64,000 nucleotides of DNA, from assembly GCA_045661305.1 (NCBI GenBank), contig JAZRFJ010000001.1, positions 2,970 through 66,969 of the forward strand, written 5' to 3'. This DNA comes from Clostridia bacterium (GTDB lineage: Bacteria; Bacillota; Clostridia; UMGS1840). How positions within the stretch are numbered: the stretch's first letter is position 1; each line of letters begins with the position of its first letter. The notes below the pieces were generated by a model that made no database searches, was not told the origin of the DNA, and saw only the letters and a program-made list of their open reading frames with translations. This document shows, one piece after another, positions 9,868-19,468 of the stretch. Made by a program: the position numbers and the translations under genes.

Positions 9868-12045
9868 TTAAGCTCTGCGTGCGTTATAAACGCCCTTTAT
9901 ATTATTAAGTCTGCCAAGAACGCGTGTAAGCTTTTCCTGACTTTCAACCTGTATTGTTACATTTATATTATCTATTGTGTTATGCGTTGTCGTTTTTGCC
10001 TGAAGAGCCATAATCGGAACTCGCATATCGTTGAGTGCCAGAGTAACATCAACGAGTAATCCCGAACGGTTGGAAGCCTCTATAACAACATCAACATTAT
10101 GGCTTTCACCGTTGTAGCCCTCCCACTCTACTTCAACAAGTCTTTTCTTATCTCCGTCAGATTTTTCTATATCTAAAAGTGCCTGACAGTTTTTGCGGTG
10201 AATTGTTACGCCTCTTCCCCTTGTGATATAACCGATTACATCATCACCAGGAACAGGAAAACAACATTTAGCTGTTCTAACCAGACAATTATCAATTCCT
10301 TTGACAGAAATTCCGCTTTTTTTCTTACTGTCCTGCTGATTTTTTGCATTTTGATTTATATCTTCAATCAGCTTTTTCTCATCAGGAACTTTATTATTCT
10401 TTTGGGTATAGTCTTCGATACGGTTGCATATTTTCTCTACATTTATACCGCCGTTACCGATAATAGCATAAAAATCGTCTTCTTTTGCAAAGCTATATTT
10501 TTTAAGAAGATGGGCAAGAAGATTTTCGTCACTGAGAAGCTCCTTGAGTGACATATTATACTTTTTAAGCTCTTTTTCAAGAAGCTCTTTTCCCTTTGCG
10601 ATATTTTCTTCTCTTTTTTCTTTTTTAAACCATTGATTTATCTTACTTCTTGCCTGACTTGTTCTGGCAATTTTAAGCCATTCAGTATTAGGCGAAGAAG
10701 ATGCAGAGGTTATAATTTCGATGATATCACCGTTATTAAGCGGAGTATCAATCGTTGCCATTCTTCCGTTTATCTTAGCACCAACCATTCGCCAACCAAC
10801 AGCACTGTGTATCATAAATGCAAAGTCAATCGGTGTTGAGCCGCTTGGCAAGCTATAAACATCGCCTTTTGGTGAAAAAACAAAAACCTCGTCGGAAAAC
10901 AAATCTATTTTAATATGACTGATATATTCACTTGGATTAGAAAAATCCTTTTCCGTTTCCAAAAGCTGACGAACCCATTGAAATTTATCACCGTTATTTT
11001 TTACATTTGAGCCGCCCTCTTTATATTTCCAGTGAGCAGCAATACCATATTCAGCTGTTCTGTGCATATCCCATGTGCGAATCTGGATTTCAAACGGTGT
11101 ACCCGCATTACTCATAAGAGTAGTGTGCAAAGACTGATACATATTTTTCTTTGGCATACTTATATAGTCTTTAAATCTGCCTGGAATAGGCTTATAAAGC
11201 TCATGAACATATCCCAAAACGGTATAACATTCCGCTATTGAGCCTACTATAATTCGTATTGCAAATAAGTCATAAATTTCATCTAAGCTTATATTTTTTG
11301 AATACAATTTTTTATATATGCTGTAAAAATGCTTTGGTCTTCCTTCGATATGGCTTTGTATTCCACATTCATTAAGCTTATTTGAAAGTTCGTTTTTTAT
11401 CTCTTCTACTATTTTTATTCGCTGTTCTCTTTTTTGTGCAATTCCCGAAGAAATTTCATGATAGCCTATGGGGTCAAGATAAAGAAGTGATGTATCTTCA
11501 AGCTCCCATTTAAAGTTATTCATACCCAATCTATGAGCAATAGGAGCATATATTTCCATAGTTTCCAAAGACTTTTCAAGCTGTTTATTTTGGGGCATAC
11601 TTTTCATCGTACGCATATTATGAAGTCTGTCGGCAAGCTTTATAAGAATAACTCTTATATCCTTTGCCATAGCCATAAACATTTTTCTTAAATTTTCGAT
11701 TTGTTCTTCTTCTTTGGAACTGAAATTAATTCTTCCGAGTTTAGTTACGCCATCAACAATATCAGCAATTTCAACACCAAACTCATTTTTTATCTCGTCA
11801 TAGGAATGCTGGGTATCTTCTATAACATCATGTAGAAGTGCTGCACAAATAGACTCATCATCTAAAAATATTTCTGTAAGAATGAGAGCGACATTATACG
11901 GATGGAAAAAATACGGTTCACCGCTTTTTCTGAACTGGTCTTTATGTGAATCTTTTGCATAAAGATATGCCTTTGTGATAAGCTCTTCGTTTGTCTTTAA
12001 ATTATAAGATTTTATCTTATCAAGAAGCACTTTTAGTTCATCCAT
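9868..12045 (-). CDS. relA: bifunctional (p)ppGpp synthetase/hydrolase RelA/SpoT (Rel)
   Basis: 725 aa with an HD hydrolase domain (HDVIEDT), a RelA_SpoT synthetase core, and TGS and ACT-like C-terminal domains. Confidence 0.95.
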   Translation of the reverse strand: MDELKVLLDKIKSYNLKTNEELITKAYLYAKDSHKDQFRKSGEPYFFHPYNVALILTEIFLDDESICAALLHDVIEDTQHSYDEIKNEFGVEIADIVDGVTKLGRINFSSKEEEQIENLRKMFMAMAKDIRVILIKLADRLHNMRTMKSMPQNKQLEKSLETMEIYAPIAHRLGMNNFKWELEDTSLLYLDPIGYHEISSGIAQKREQRIKIVEEIKNELSNKLNECGIQSHIEGRPKHFYSIYKKLYSKNISLDEIYDLFAIRIIVGSIAECYTVLGYVHELYKPIPGRFKDYISMPKKNMYQSLHTTLMSNAGTPFEIQIRTWDMHRTAEYGIAAHWKYKEGGSNVKNNGDKFQWVRQLLETEKDFSNPSEYISHIKIDLFSDEVFVFSPKGDVYSLPSGSTPIDFAFMIHSAVGWRMVGAKINGRMATIDTPLNNGDIIEIITSASSSPNTEWLKIARTSQARSKINQWFKKEKREENIAKGKELLEKELKKYNMSLKELLSDENLLAHLLKKYSFAKEDDFYAIIGNGGINVEKICNRIEDYTQKNNKVPDEKKLIEDINQNAKNQQDSKKKSGISVKGIDNCLVRTAKCCFPVPGDDVIGYITRGRGVTIHRKNCQALLDIEKSDGDKKRLVEVEWEGYNGESHNVDVVIEASNRSGLLVDVTLALNDMRVPIMALQAKTTTHNTIDNINVTIQVESQEKLTRVLGRLNNIKGVYNARRA

Positions 12046-12166
12046 GTTTTTCCCCTCTCTTTCTCAACAAATTTCTTTATTAAAAAACAATAAACATAAA
12101 AAAGCCAAACACATATAAAACTGCGTTTTTTCCGCCGTTTTATGTTCAGCTTTATTATTGTTTATA

Positions 12167-13873
12167 TTAAACAAGCTTTATGTCTTTAAGCTTTAATGCA
12201 ACGTTTTTCTTATCGCGATATTCGTTAGTATACGGTGTAACAATAGCATTGACTGTATCGCCGTCACGAAGCATTCTTATCGAGCTATTAGTACCCATAC
12301 CAAATCCGATAACCATAATTGAGAAGCCTTTTTTAGTAAATCTTAAACGAATATGCTTATCATTTCCGAAATAAGTAAGATTTTCAATTTTTACTTTCTC
12401 AATAAGGAAAAGCGGAACAGGATTACCCATACCGCACGGCTGGATAACCTCAAGCTTATCTGTAAGGTCGAGTGAAATATCCTTCTCGGTGATTTTGCCG
12501 TCATACACTATTTCTTCAACAAAGAATTTTGAAGAATATGTTTCTTTAGCAAAAGCATTGATTTTTTCTCTCAAATTATCAATATTGTCTTTCTTTATTG
12601 CTAGACCTGCTGCAAGCTCATGACCGCCGTATTTAGTGAGAATATCTTCGCAGTAAGACAGTGCTGCGAACATATTAAAACCGGCAACTCCTCGGCAAGA
12701 GCCCTTGGCATCTTCGCCTTCTATTGAAATGAGAACACATGGTTTCCCATATTTTTCTGTTATTCTGGAAGCAACTATTCCTATAACTCCATGATGCCAT
12801 TTGTCACTTGAAAGAACAATAACTCTGTCAGTTTCGTGAAGCTTTCCTTTTTCAATTTCACTACACGCTTCAATAAGAATTTCCTGCTCTATCATCTGTC
12901 TGCGTGTGTTTTCTTCGCAAAGCATACAAGCAAGCTTTCTTGCCTCATCCTCCGAAGAAGTAGTAAACAGCTTGACAGCATCAAGTGCATTTCCTAATCT
13001 TCCAACAGCATTTATTCTCGGAGCAATAATAAAGCCTACATGAGAAGACTCCAGCTTTTTATTTGCAAGTCCGGCTTCCTCAATCAAGCATTTAAGTCCG
13101 ATGTTTCTTGGATTTTTAAGAAGTTCTAACCCTATCGAAACAAATATCCTGTTTTCATCTGTAAGAGAAACTATATCCGCAATAGTTCCCAAACATAACA
13201 AATCACCATAGGTTTCAAGCAAATCTTTTGAGTTGCCTTTTCCGTCTAAAGCCTCAATAAGCTTAAATGCAACTCCTACACCCGAAAGTTCCTTAAAAGG
13301 ATATTCACAGTCATCTCTCTTTGGATTTATCACAGCATATGCATCAGGAAGAATTTCTTTACATTTATGGTGGTCTGTTATAACAACCCAAATCCCCAAG
13401 GATGTTGCATATGCAATATCCTCATATGCAGTTATTCCGCAATCTGCTGTTATAATAAGCTCTGTATTTTCATCTTTAAAATTCTTCACAGCGTCTTTAT
13501 TAAGACCATACCCCTCATCTGAACGGGAGGGAATATAATAAGAAACATTTGCGTTTCTTGATTTTAAGTATAAGTATATAATTGAAACAGCTGTTATTCC
13601 GTCAACATCGTAATCTCCGTAAACAACTATTTTGCCATTTCTCTCTATTACCTCATTTATTTTTGATACACCTTTATCCATGTCTTTAAGCAAGAAAGGG
13701 TCAATAAGTTTTGAAACATCAGGGTACATGAACTGTTGTGCCTCCTGTACAGTTTCAATTCCTCTGTTTACCAAAACTCTGGCACATAATGGGTTTAAAT
13801 TCAGCTCTTTTTCAAGCTTGGCAGCTATTTCAGAATCAGACTGCCTCATAACCCATTTACTTTTTTTAATCAT
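12167..13873 (-). CDS. recJ: single-stranded-DNA-specific exonuclease RecJ
   Basis: 568 aa with DHH motifs (DYDVDG, ITDHH) and a DHHA1 domain. Confidence 0.9.
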   Translation of the reverse strand: MIKKSKWVMRQSDSEIAAKLEKELNLNPLCARVLVNRGIETVQEAQQFMYPDVSKLIDPFLLKDMDKGVSKINEVIERNGKIVVYGDYDVDGITAVSIIYLYLKSRNANVSYYIPSRSDEGYGLNKDAVKNFKDENTELIITADCGITAYEDIAYATSLGIWVVITDHHKCKEILPDAYAVINPKRDDCEYPFKELSGVGVAFKLIEALDGKGNSKDLLETYGDLLCLGTIADIVSLTDENRIFVSIGLELLKNPRNIGLKCLIEEAGLANKKLESSHVGFIIAPRINAVGRLGNALDAVKLFTTSSEDEARKLACMLCEENTRRQMIEQEILIEACSEIEKGKLHETDRVIVLSSDKWHHGVIGIVASRITEKYGKPCVLISIEGEDAKGSCRGVAGFNMFAALSYCEDILTKYGGHELAAGLAIKKDNIDNLREKINAFAKETYSSKFFVEEIVYDGKITEKDISLDLTDKLEVIQPCGMGNPVPLFLIEKVKIENLTYFGNDKHIRLRFTKKGFSIMVIGFGMGTNSSIRMLRDGDTVNAIVTPYTNEYRDKKNVALKLKDIKLV

Positions 13874-14038
13874 AATTCAGTCCTGCCTTTATATATTTTT
13901 TACTATTATATCACTAAATAAAAAAATTTGCAAGTCAAATTACAAAAAATGTACAAAAAAAATAACAATTTTAAATATAGTGTTTTTTCGACAAAAAAGA
14001 CAGTAGATTTTCGTAAAAATCAGCTGCCTTTAAAATAA

Positions 14039-15298
14039 TTAACCTAATTTGCGAAGAATGTACGCCGCAATATTTTTCGTATAGCTAACCAAACGGTCAC
14101 ATTCTATATATTCATTTGGCTGGTGTGCACCGCCAAGTTCACTAAAATCGCGTCCTGCACCGTAACCGTAAGCACGGTCGCTACCATATTTTGAGATAAC
14201 TGATAAATCAGAAAGACAAGAACCGCAAACCAAAATTTCATCTCCTGTTGCCTCTCTTGCTGCCTCAACCATTCCGACAACATCCTCGCTGTCAGGCTCA
14301 CAGTGAACATAATGGAAAAATCTTGTTGCAGGTTTAAATCCATCTCCGATAATCCCAAGAGGCTCAAGCCTTTTTGCAAGTATTTCTTCAATTTGTGAAA
14401 ATTCTTTGTAAATTTCGTCTTTTGTTTTATCTGTATAGAATACGAAATATGCTTCTCCTATTCCTAAATCCATACCGTTGTTACCGACACGCACGCCCAT
14501 ATAGCGAAGTGAAGTGTCAGGAATTATTGTCCCTTTATAAAATCTGTTTTCCGAAAGTTCTTTTCTTCTGTTCTCTTTAAATTTTGCTATTTCCTCAAGT
14601 ACAATCGGTATAGCTTTTGCAGTAAGCTCAGCACTGTCAACTGTTTCTTTAGTATGATATGTATATTTCATCTCACCGCCGCCTGAACCGCAGTGCCATA
14701 TCTGGTTATCCCGTCCATCCATACTTACTATACTTTCACATTGTGTTTTTAAAACTGCTGCAAGTGCACCGTGAGAGCCGCCATATTCTTCATCGCTGTA
14801 TGCTGAAAACACAAGGTTTGATGACGGCACAAAGCCTTCTTCTTTAAGGAGCTTTATAATAAAAAGTGCAGACGCTAACGCATACTTATCATCGCACGCA
14901 CCTCTGCCATAGATTTTTCCATCTTTTATTTCACCACTCAGAGGGTCTTCATCCCAGTTTGCAGGATCGCCTATTTCTACAGTATCAGTATGTGCCATAA
15001 GCATAAGTGTATCTTTATCTTCTTTACCTTTCCAGACAGCATTGACATTATAACGGTTTTCAAGTCCGCGTCCCTCTAAATAATCAGGATGATTTTTGAA
15101 GTCCTTAATATCAAGAGGAGAATAAATTTCACTTTCAAGTCCAAGTTCCTGACAGAGAGAATAAACATATTCTGCCATCGGTTGCTCGTTTCCGTGAGTT
15201 TTAAAATTCTCCGAATTAATTTTTATCATTGAGCTTAAAAGTCTAAAGAGTTCCTCTTTTCTTTCTTCAATAAGCTCGCATATTTTTTTTACTTTCAT
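14039..15298 (-). CDS. M20-family metallopeptidase/deacylase (ArgE/DapE/CPG2 family)
   Basis: 419 aa with the metal-ligand motifs HTDTV, GACDDK and SDEEYGG. Confidence 0.8.
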   Translation of the reverse strand: MKVKKICELIEERKEELFRLLSSMIKINSENFKTHGNEQPMAEYVYSLCQELGLESEIYSPLDIKDFKNHPDYLEGRGLENRYNVNAVWKGKEDKDTLMLMAHTDTVEIGDPANWDEDPLSGEIKDGKIYGRGACDDKYALASALFIIKLLKEEGFVPSSNLVFSAYSDEEYGGSHGALAAVLKTQCESIVSMDGRDNQIWHCGSGGGEMKYTYHTKETVDSAELTAKAIPIVLEEIAKFKENRRKELSENRFYKGTIIPDTSLRYMGVRVGNNGMDLGIGEAYFVFYTDKTKDEIYKEFSQIEEILAKRLEPLGIIGDGFKPATRFFHYVHCEPDSEDVVGMVEAAREATGDEILVCGSCLSDLSVISKYGSDRAYGYGAGRDFSELGGAHQPNEYIECDRLVSYTKNIAAYILRKLG

Positions 15299-15343
15299 GG
15301 TTTAACCCCCATTGTTTATATTTTTATAAACCGTTATAAAAGT

Positions 15344-15380
15344 TGAAAAAAAGACAGATTTCTATATCAAAACCTGTCTT
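15344..15380 (-). terminator. rho-independent terminator of the tRNA operon
   Basis: On the - strand, an aagacag/ctgtctt stem is followed by a U6 run directly after tRNA-Gly. Confidence 0.6.
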
Positions 15381-15385
15381 CTTTC

Positions 15386-15460
15386 TGGAGCGGAAGACGA
15401 GATTCGAACTCGCGACGTTCACCTTGGCAAGGTGACGCTCTACCACTGAGCCACTCCCGC
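15386..15460 (-). tRNA. tRNA-Gly (anticodon GCC), CCA encoded
   Basis: I folded the cloverleaf by hand: gcgggag acceptor, anticodon loop cuuGCCaa, T-loop GTTCGAATC. Confidence 0.9.
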
Positions 15461-15476
15461 ATAATATTTGAAATTG

Positions 15477-15552
15477 TGGTGCCTCCGACTAGAATCGAAC
15501 TAGTGACACAGGGATTTTCAGTCCCTTGCTCTACCAACTGAGCTACAGAGGC
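15477..15552 (-). tRNA. tRNA-Phe (anticodon GAA), CCA encoded
   Basis: Cloverleaf with acceptor gcctctg/cggaggc, anticodon loop cuGAAaa, T-loop GTTCGATTC. Confidence 0.9.
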
Positions 15553-15649
15553 AAATCTCTATGCACACTAAAGTGAGATGATAACTCCAAAAAACACCGA
15601 AACTTAAAACCAAGTCCCCCCGAAGTAAAACATCCCCCGAAAGTAAAGA

Positions 15650-15726
15650 TGGCGACCCGGATGGGGTTCGAACCCACGACCTCTAGCGTGACAGGCTAGC
15701 GTTCTAACCAGCTGAACTACCGGGCC
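15650..15726 (-). tRNA. tRNA-Asp (anticodon GUC), CCA encoded
   Basis: Cloverleaf with anticodon stem ctagc/gctag, loop cuGUCac, T-loop GTTCGAACC. Confidence 0.9.
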
Positions 15727-15759
15727 ATATTTACTTCCTCTTTTTTAGAGAACAGAAAT

Positions 15760-15788
15760 ATTATATCACATTAAATATGTTTTGTCAA
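15760..15788 (-). promoter_or_regulatory. sigma-A promoter of the Asp-Phe-Gly tRNA operon
   Basis: On the - strand, TTGACA, a 17-nt spacer, then TATAAT, about 30 nt upstream of tRNA-Asp. Confidence 0.7.
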
Positions 15789-15870
15789 TACTTTTTTTCT
15801 TTTTTATTGTTTTTTATTTTATTCCTCTTCCCGCTCTAATTTCAATAAAGCGGGAAGATTATAAATAAAT

Positions 15871-17121
15871 TTATGCTTTTCTCTCTATATAAGGTTCTTT
15901 TCCTTTGTTAATACAGTCTTTTGTTATTACAACCTTTTTTATTGTCGGGTCTGATGGTGCCTCAAACATTATATCTGTCATGACATTTTCAACTATCGAA
16001 CGAAGACCTCTTGCACCTGTTTTTTGGTCTATTGCTTTTTTCACAATAGCTTTCAAGGCATCATCTTCAAACTCAAGTTCAACACCGTCATATCGCATAA
16101 GCTTGCAGTATTGTTTTAAAACAGAGTTTTTAGGCTCTTTAAGAACTCTCAACAAATCTTCTTCCGCAAGCTCAGAAAGTGCAACAACATTCGGGAGTCT
16201 TCCGGCAAATTCAGGAATAAGCCCAAACTTTATTAAATCCTGAGGAATAACCTTTGAAATTAAAGCTGATTTTGTTGTTTCTTTTTTTGACGCAATAGTA
16301 GAATTAAATCCAAGCGACGAGCTTTGCGTTCTCTTTTCGATAATTTTTTCAATTCCATCAAACGCACCGCCACATATAAAGAGAATATTTGTAGTATCAA
16401 GCTTCAAAAACTCCTGTTGAGGATGTTTTCTTCCACCCTGAGGCGGAACATTTGCAACAGTTCCCTCAATGATTTTTAGGAGTGCCTGCTGAACGCCTTC
16501 ACCGCTTACATCCCTTGTAATAGACGGATTCTCACTTTTTCTTGCAATTTTATCTATTTCGTCTATATAAATTATTCCTTTTTGTGCACGCTCAATATCA
16601 TTATCAGCAGCCTGAATAAGTCTTAAAAGAATATTTTCAACATCTTCGCCCACATATCCCGCTTCAGTTAAAGTTGTTGCATCGGTAATAGCAAGCGGAA
16701 CATCAAGAATTTTAGCTAAAGTCTGTGCAAGAAGTGTTTTTCCACTTCCTGTGGGTCCTAAAAGAAGAACATTGCTCTTTTTAATTTCAGTATCGTCTTT
16801 CGTATCGTTTTTCCATACTCTTTTATAGTGATTATATACTGCAACAGATAAAGCTATTTTGGCTCTATCCTGACCTATAACATAATCATCAAGTTTTTCT
16901 TTTATTTCTTTTGGCTTAAGATTTTTCGGATTGTTAGCTGTCTTTTTCTTCTTTGCCCTTTGCGGAGAGAAAAATTCACTATTAGGCATAATAATTTCAA
17001 AACAGTTTATAACACATTCGTCACATATATTTGCAGCACCGCCCGTTATAAGCTGGTCTACTTCGCCTTGATATCTTCCGCAAAAATAGCAGAAATTATT
17101 ATCATTATTTCTGTTTGACAT
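15871..17121 (-). CDS. clpX: ATP-dependent Clp protease ATP-binding subunit ClpX
   Basis: 416 aa with an N-terminal zinc-binding CxxC..CxxC and Walker A GPTGSGKT. Confidence 0.97.
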   Translation of the reverse strand: MSNRNNDNNFCYFCGRYQGEVDQLITGGAANICDECVINCFEIIMPNSEFFSPQRAKKKKTANNPKNLKPKEIKEKLDDYVIGQDRAKIALSVAVYNHYKRVWKNDTKDDTEIKKSNVLLLGPTGSGKTLLAQTLAKILDVPLAITDATTLTEAGYVGEDVENILLRLIQAADNDIERAQKGIIYIDEIDKIARKSENPSITRDVSGEGVQQALLKIIEGTVANVPPQGGRKHPQQEFLKLDTTNILFICGGAFDGIEKIIEKRTQSSSLGFNSTIASKKETTKSALISKVIPQDLIKFGLIPEFAGRLPNVVALSELAEEDLLRVLKEPKNSVLKQYCKLMRYDGVELEFEDDALKAIVKKAIDQKTGARGLRSIVENVMTDIMFEAPSDPTIKKVVITKDCINKGKEPYIERKA

Positions 17122-17208
17122 TAAATTTCAATTCCTTTTCAATATTAAAAGTTAATAATGACGGTATGATGAGCTGTCATCATACCGCATCAATCTTTAT
17201 TTATTTTT

Positions 17209-17790
17209 CTACCTTTTTTCTATAACCTTGTCAATAAGACCGTATTCCAATGCCTGCTGTGCTGTCAAGAAGTTATCTCTTTCAGTATCCCTCTGGATAA
17301 CCTCAAGTGGCTGACCTGTTCTTTCGCTCATAATCTGATTGAGTTTTTCACGAATTCTGATTATTCTGTCAGCATGGATTTTTATATCTGTTGCCTGTCC
17401 TTTAGTCCCGCCTAAAGGCTGATGAATCATAATTTCGCTGTTTGGAAGTGCTATACGCTTTCCTTTTGCCCCTGCAGTGAGTAAGAATGCTCCCATGCTT
17501 GCAGCCATACCAACACAGATTGTAGATACATCACATTTGATATACTGCATTGTGTCATAAATTGCCATACCGGCTGTAATCGAACCACCGGGACTGTTAA
17601 TATAGAGATTAATATCCTTATCAGGATCCTCACCCTCCAAAAACAGAAGCTGAGCAACCACCAGGCTCGCTGTTGCATCGTTTACCTCATCTGACAAAAA
17701 TATTATTCTGTCTTTAAGTAATCGCGAAAATATGTCATAGCTTCTTTCACCGCGACCTGTCTGTTCAATTACATAAGGAATAAAGCTCAT
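17209..17790 (-). CDS. clpP: ATP-dependent Clp protease proteolytic subunit ClpP
   Basis: 193 aa with the catalytic-Ser context GMAASMGA and His IMIHQP. Confidence 0.97.
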   Translation of the reverse strand: MSFIPYVIEQTGRGERSYDIFSRLLKDRIIFLSDEVNDATASLVVAQLLFLEGEDPDKDINLYINSPGGSITAGMAIYDTMQYIKCDVSTICVGMAASMGAFLLTAGAKGKRIALPNSEIMIHQPLGGTKGQATDIKIHADRIIRIREKLNQIMSERTGQPLEVIQRDTERDNFLTAQQALEYGLIDKVIEKR

Positions 17791-17814
17791 TAGATAACCA
17801 CCTTTATATTACTT

Positions 17815-19323
17815 TTATTCTTCAGTTTTTTTCTTTCTTGTTGTTTTAGCTGGTTTTTCTTCTGTATCAGCTGCTTTTTTTGTTGTTGTTTTCTTTGTTG
17901 CTGTTTTTTTAGCTGGTTTTTCTTCTGCATCAGCCTTTTCTGCTGTCTTTTTTGTTGTAGCTTTCTTTGTTGTTGTCTTTTTAGCAGGATTTTCTTCTTT
18001 CTTCAATTCAGCCTCTTTTTCCTTTAAGTACTCTTCTTCAGAAATTTCCTGACAAACAGCATTTTCTTTAACAAAGTCAACTGCTTTCTTAACAATTATG
18101 TCTTTTTCAAGTTCAGCTCTTGGTATCATTGAAAGGACTTTATCCTTTTCAACGCCATACTGTTCTGAAATCTTTTCAACTTCATTATTCACATCATCAT
18201 CTGTTGCTTCAATTTTTTCTGCCTTAGCAACAGCGTTGAGAACGAGAAGTGATTTTACCTGTGCTTCAGCCATAGGTTTGAACTGACTTAAGTAACTAGC
18301 TTCGTCCATGCCTGTAAATTTAAGATACATTTCTCTTGAAATACCCTGTTGCATCATTGATGTTTCCTGTTCGCGTGCAATATAATTTACTCTGTCTTCA
18401 ATCATTGCATCAGGAATTTCAACCTCAACAGTTTTAGCAATTTCCGAAATCACGCTGTTTTCAAATTCAGCATCTGCTCTTTCATCGAGCTGTTTTTGCA
18501 TTTTAGCTTTCATATCAGCTTTATATTCTTCAATTGTATCAAACTCTGAAATATCTTTTGCAAAATCATCGTCAAGCTCAGGAAGTTCTTTTTTGCTTAC
18601 TTTAACGATTTTAACATCAAACTGTGCTTCTTTACCTTTCAATTCTTCTGCATGGTAATCTTCCGGGAATGTAACATTAACCTTAACATCATCATTTGTG
18701 CCTTTTCCGATAAGCTGGTCTTCAAAGCCAGGAATAAACTGTCCTGAACCGATTGTAAGGTCATAGTTTTCTGCACTTCCGCCTTTAAATTCTTTTCCGT
18801 CTACAAAGCCCTTATAGTTAATTGTAGCAATATCGCCATTTTCGATAGCACGGTCTTCAACTGTAATCATTCTTGAGTTTCTTTCTCTTAAAGATTCAAG
18901 CTGAGCATCTATCTGTTCATCTTTTACAGTATAGACAACTTTTTTAGCTGTTATACCTTTATAATTTTTAACTTCAACAACAGGACGAACATAAACCTTT
19001 GCTGTAAATGTGAAGCCTTTTTCTTTAGAAACATCATCAATAGAAATATCAGGCTGAGAAACAACATCAAGTTTTGTTTCATCGAGCGCTTTTTCATAAG
19101 CTTCAGGCAAAAGATCATTTATAGCGTCTTCAAAAAATACGCCTTCCCCATACATTCTTTCAATCATAAAACGCGGTGCTTTACCTTTTCTGAAGCCCGG
19201 AATCATAATTTTTTTCACATTTTTGATATAAGCCTTCTGAGTAGCTTCTGCAAATTTTTCAGCATCAATACTAACAGAAAACTCTACCTGATTCTTTCCT
19301 AAATCTTTTACTTTGATAGCCAT
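17815..19323 (-). CDS. tig: trigger factor (peptidyl-prolyl isomerase) with a ~58-aa Lys/Thr-rich C-terminal extension
   Basis: It has a ribosome-binding N-domain (GFRKGKAP), an FKBP domain and a C-domain. The tail is AKKTTTKKATTKK..EEKPAKKTATKKTTTKK. Confidence 0.95.
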   Translation of the reverse strand: MAIKVKDLGKNQVEFSVSIDAEKFAEATQKAYIKNVKKIMIPGFRKGKAPRFMIERMYGEGVFFEDAINDLLPEAYEKALDETKLDVVSQPDISIDDVSKEKGFTFTAKVYVRPVVEVKNYKGITAKKVVYTVKDEQIDAQLESLRERNSRMITVEDRAIENGDIATINYKGFVDGKEFKGGSAENYDLTIGSGQFIPGFEDQLIGKGTNDDVKVNVTFPEDYHAEELKGKEAQFDVKIVKVSKKELPELDDDFAKDISEFDTIEEYKADMKAKMQKQLDERADAEFENSVISEIAKTVEVEIPDAMIEDRVNYIAREQETSMMQQGISREMYLKFTGMDEASYLSQFKPMAEAQVKSLLVLNAVAKAEKIEATDDDVNNEVEKISEQYGVEKDKVLSMIPRAELEKDIIVKKAVDFVKENAVCQEISEEEYLKEKEAELKKEENPAKKTTTKKATTKKTAEKADAEEKPAKKTATKKTTTKKAADTEEKPAKTTRKKKTEE

Positions 19324-19468
19324 TATAAAATTCCTCCATTTTGCATTTATAACATCAATTTATTATACCACATATTTTCAAAAATGCAAGTGTTTTTTCA
19401 AAATTATCCATATTTTATTGAAATTTTTGGAATATTCACCACAACAGTTTAATAATTTCCAAAAATTA

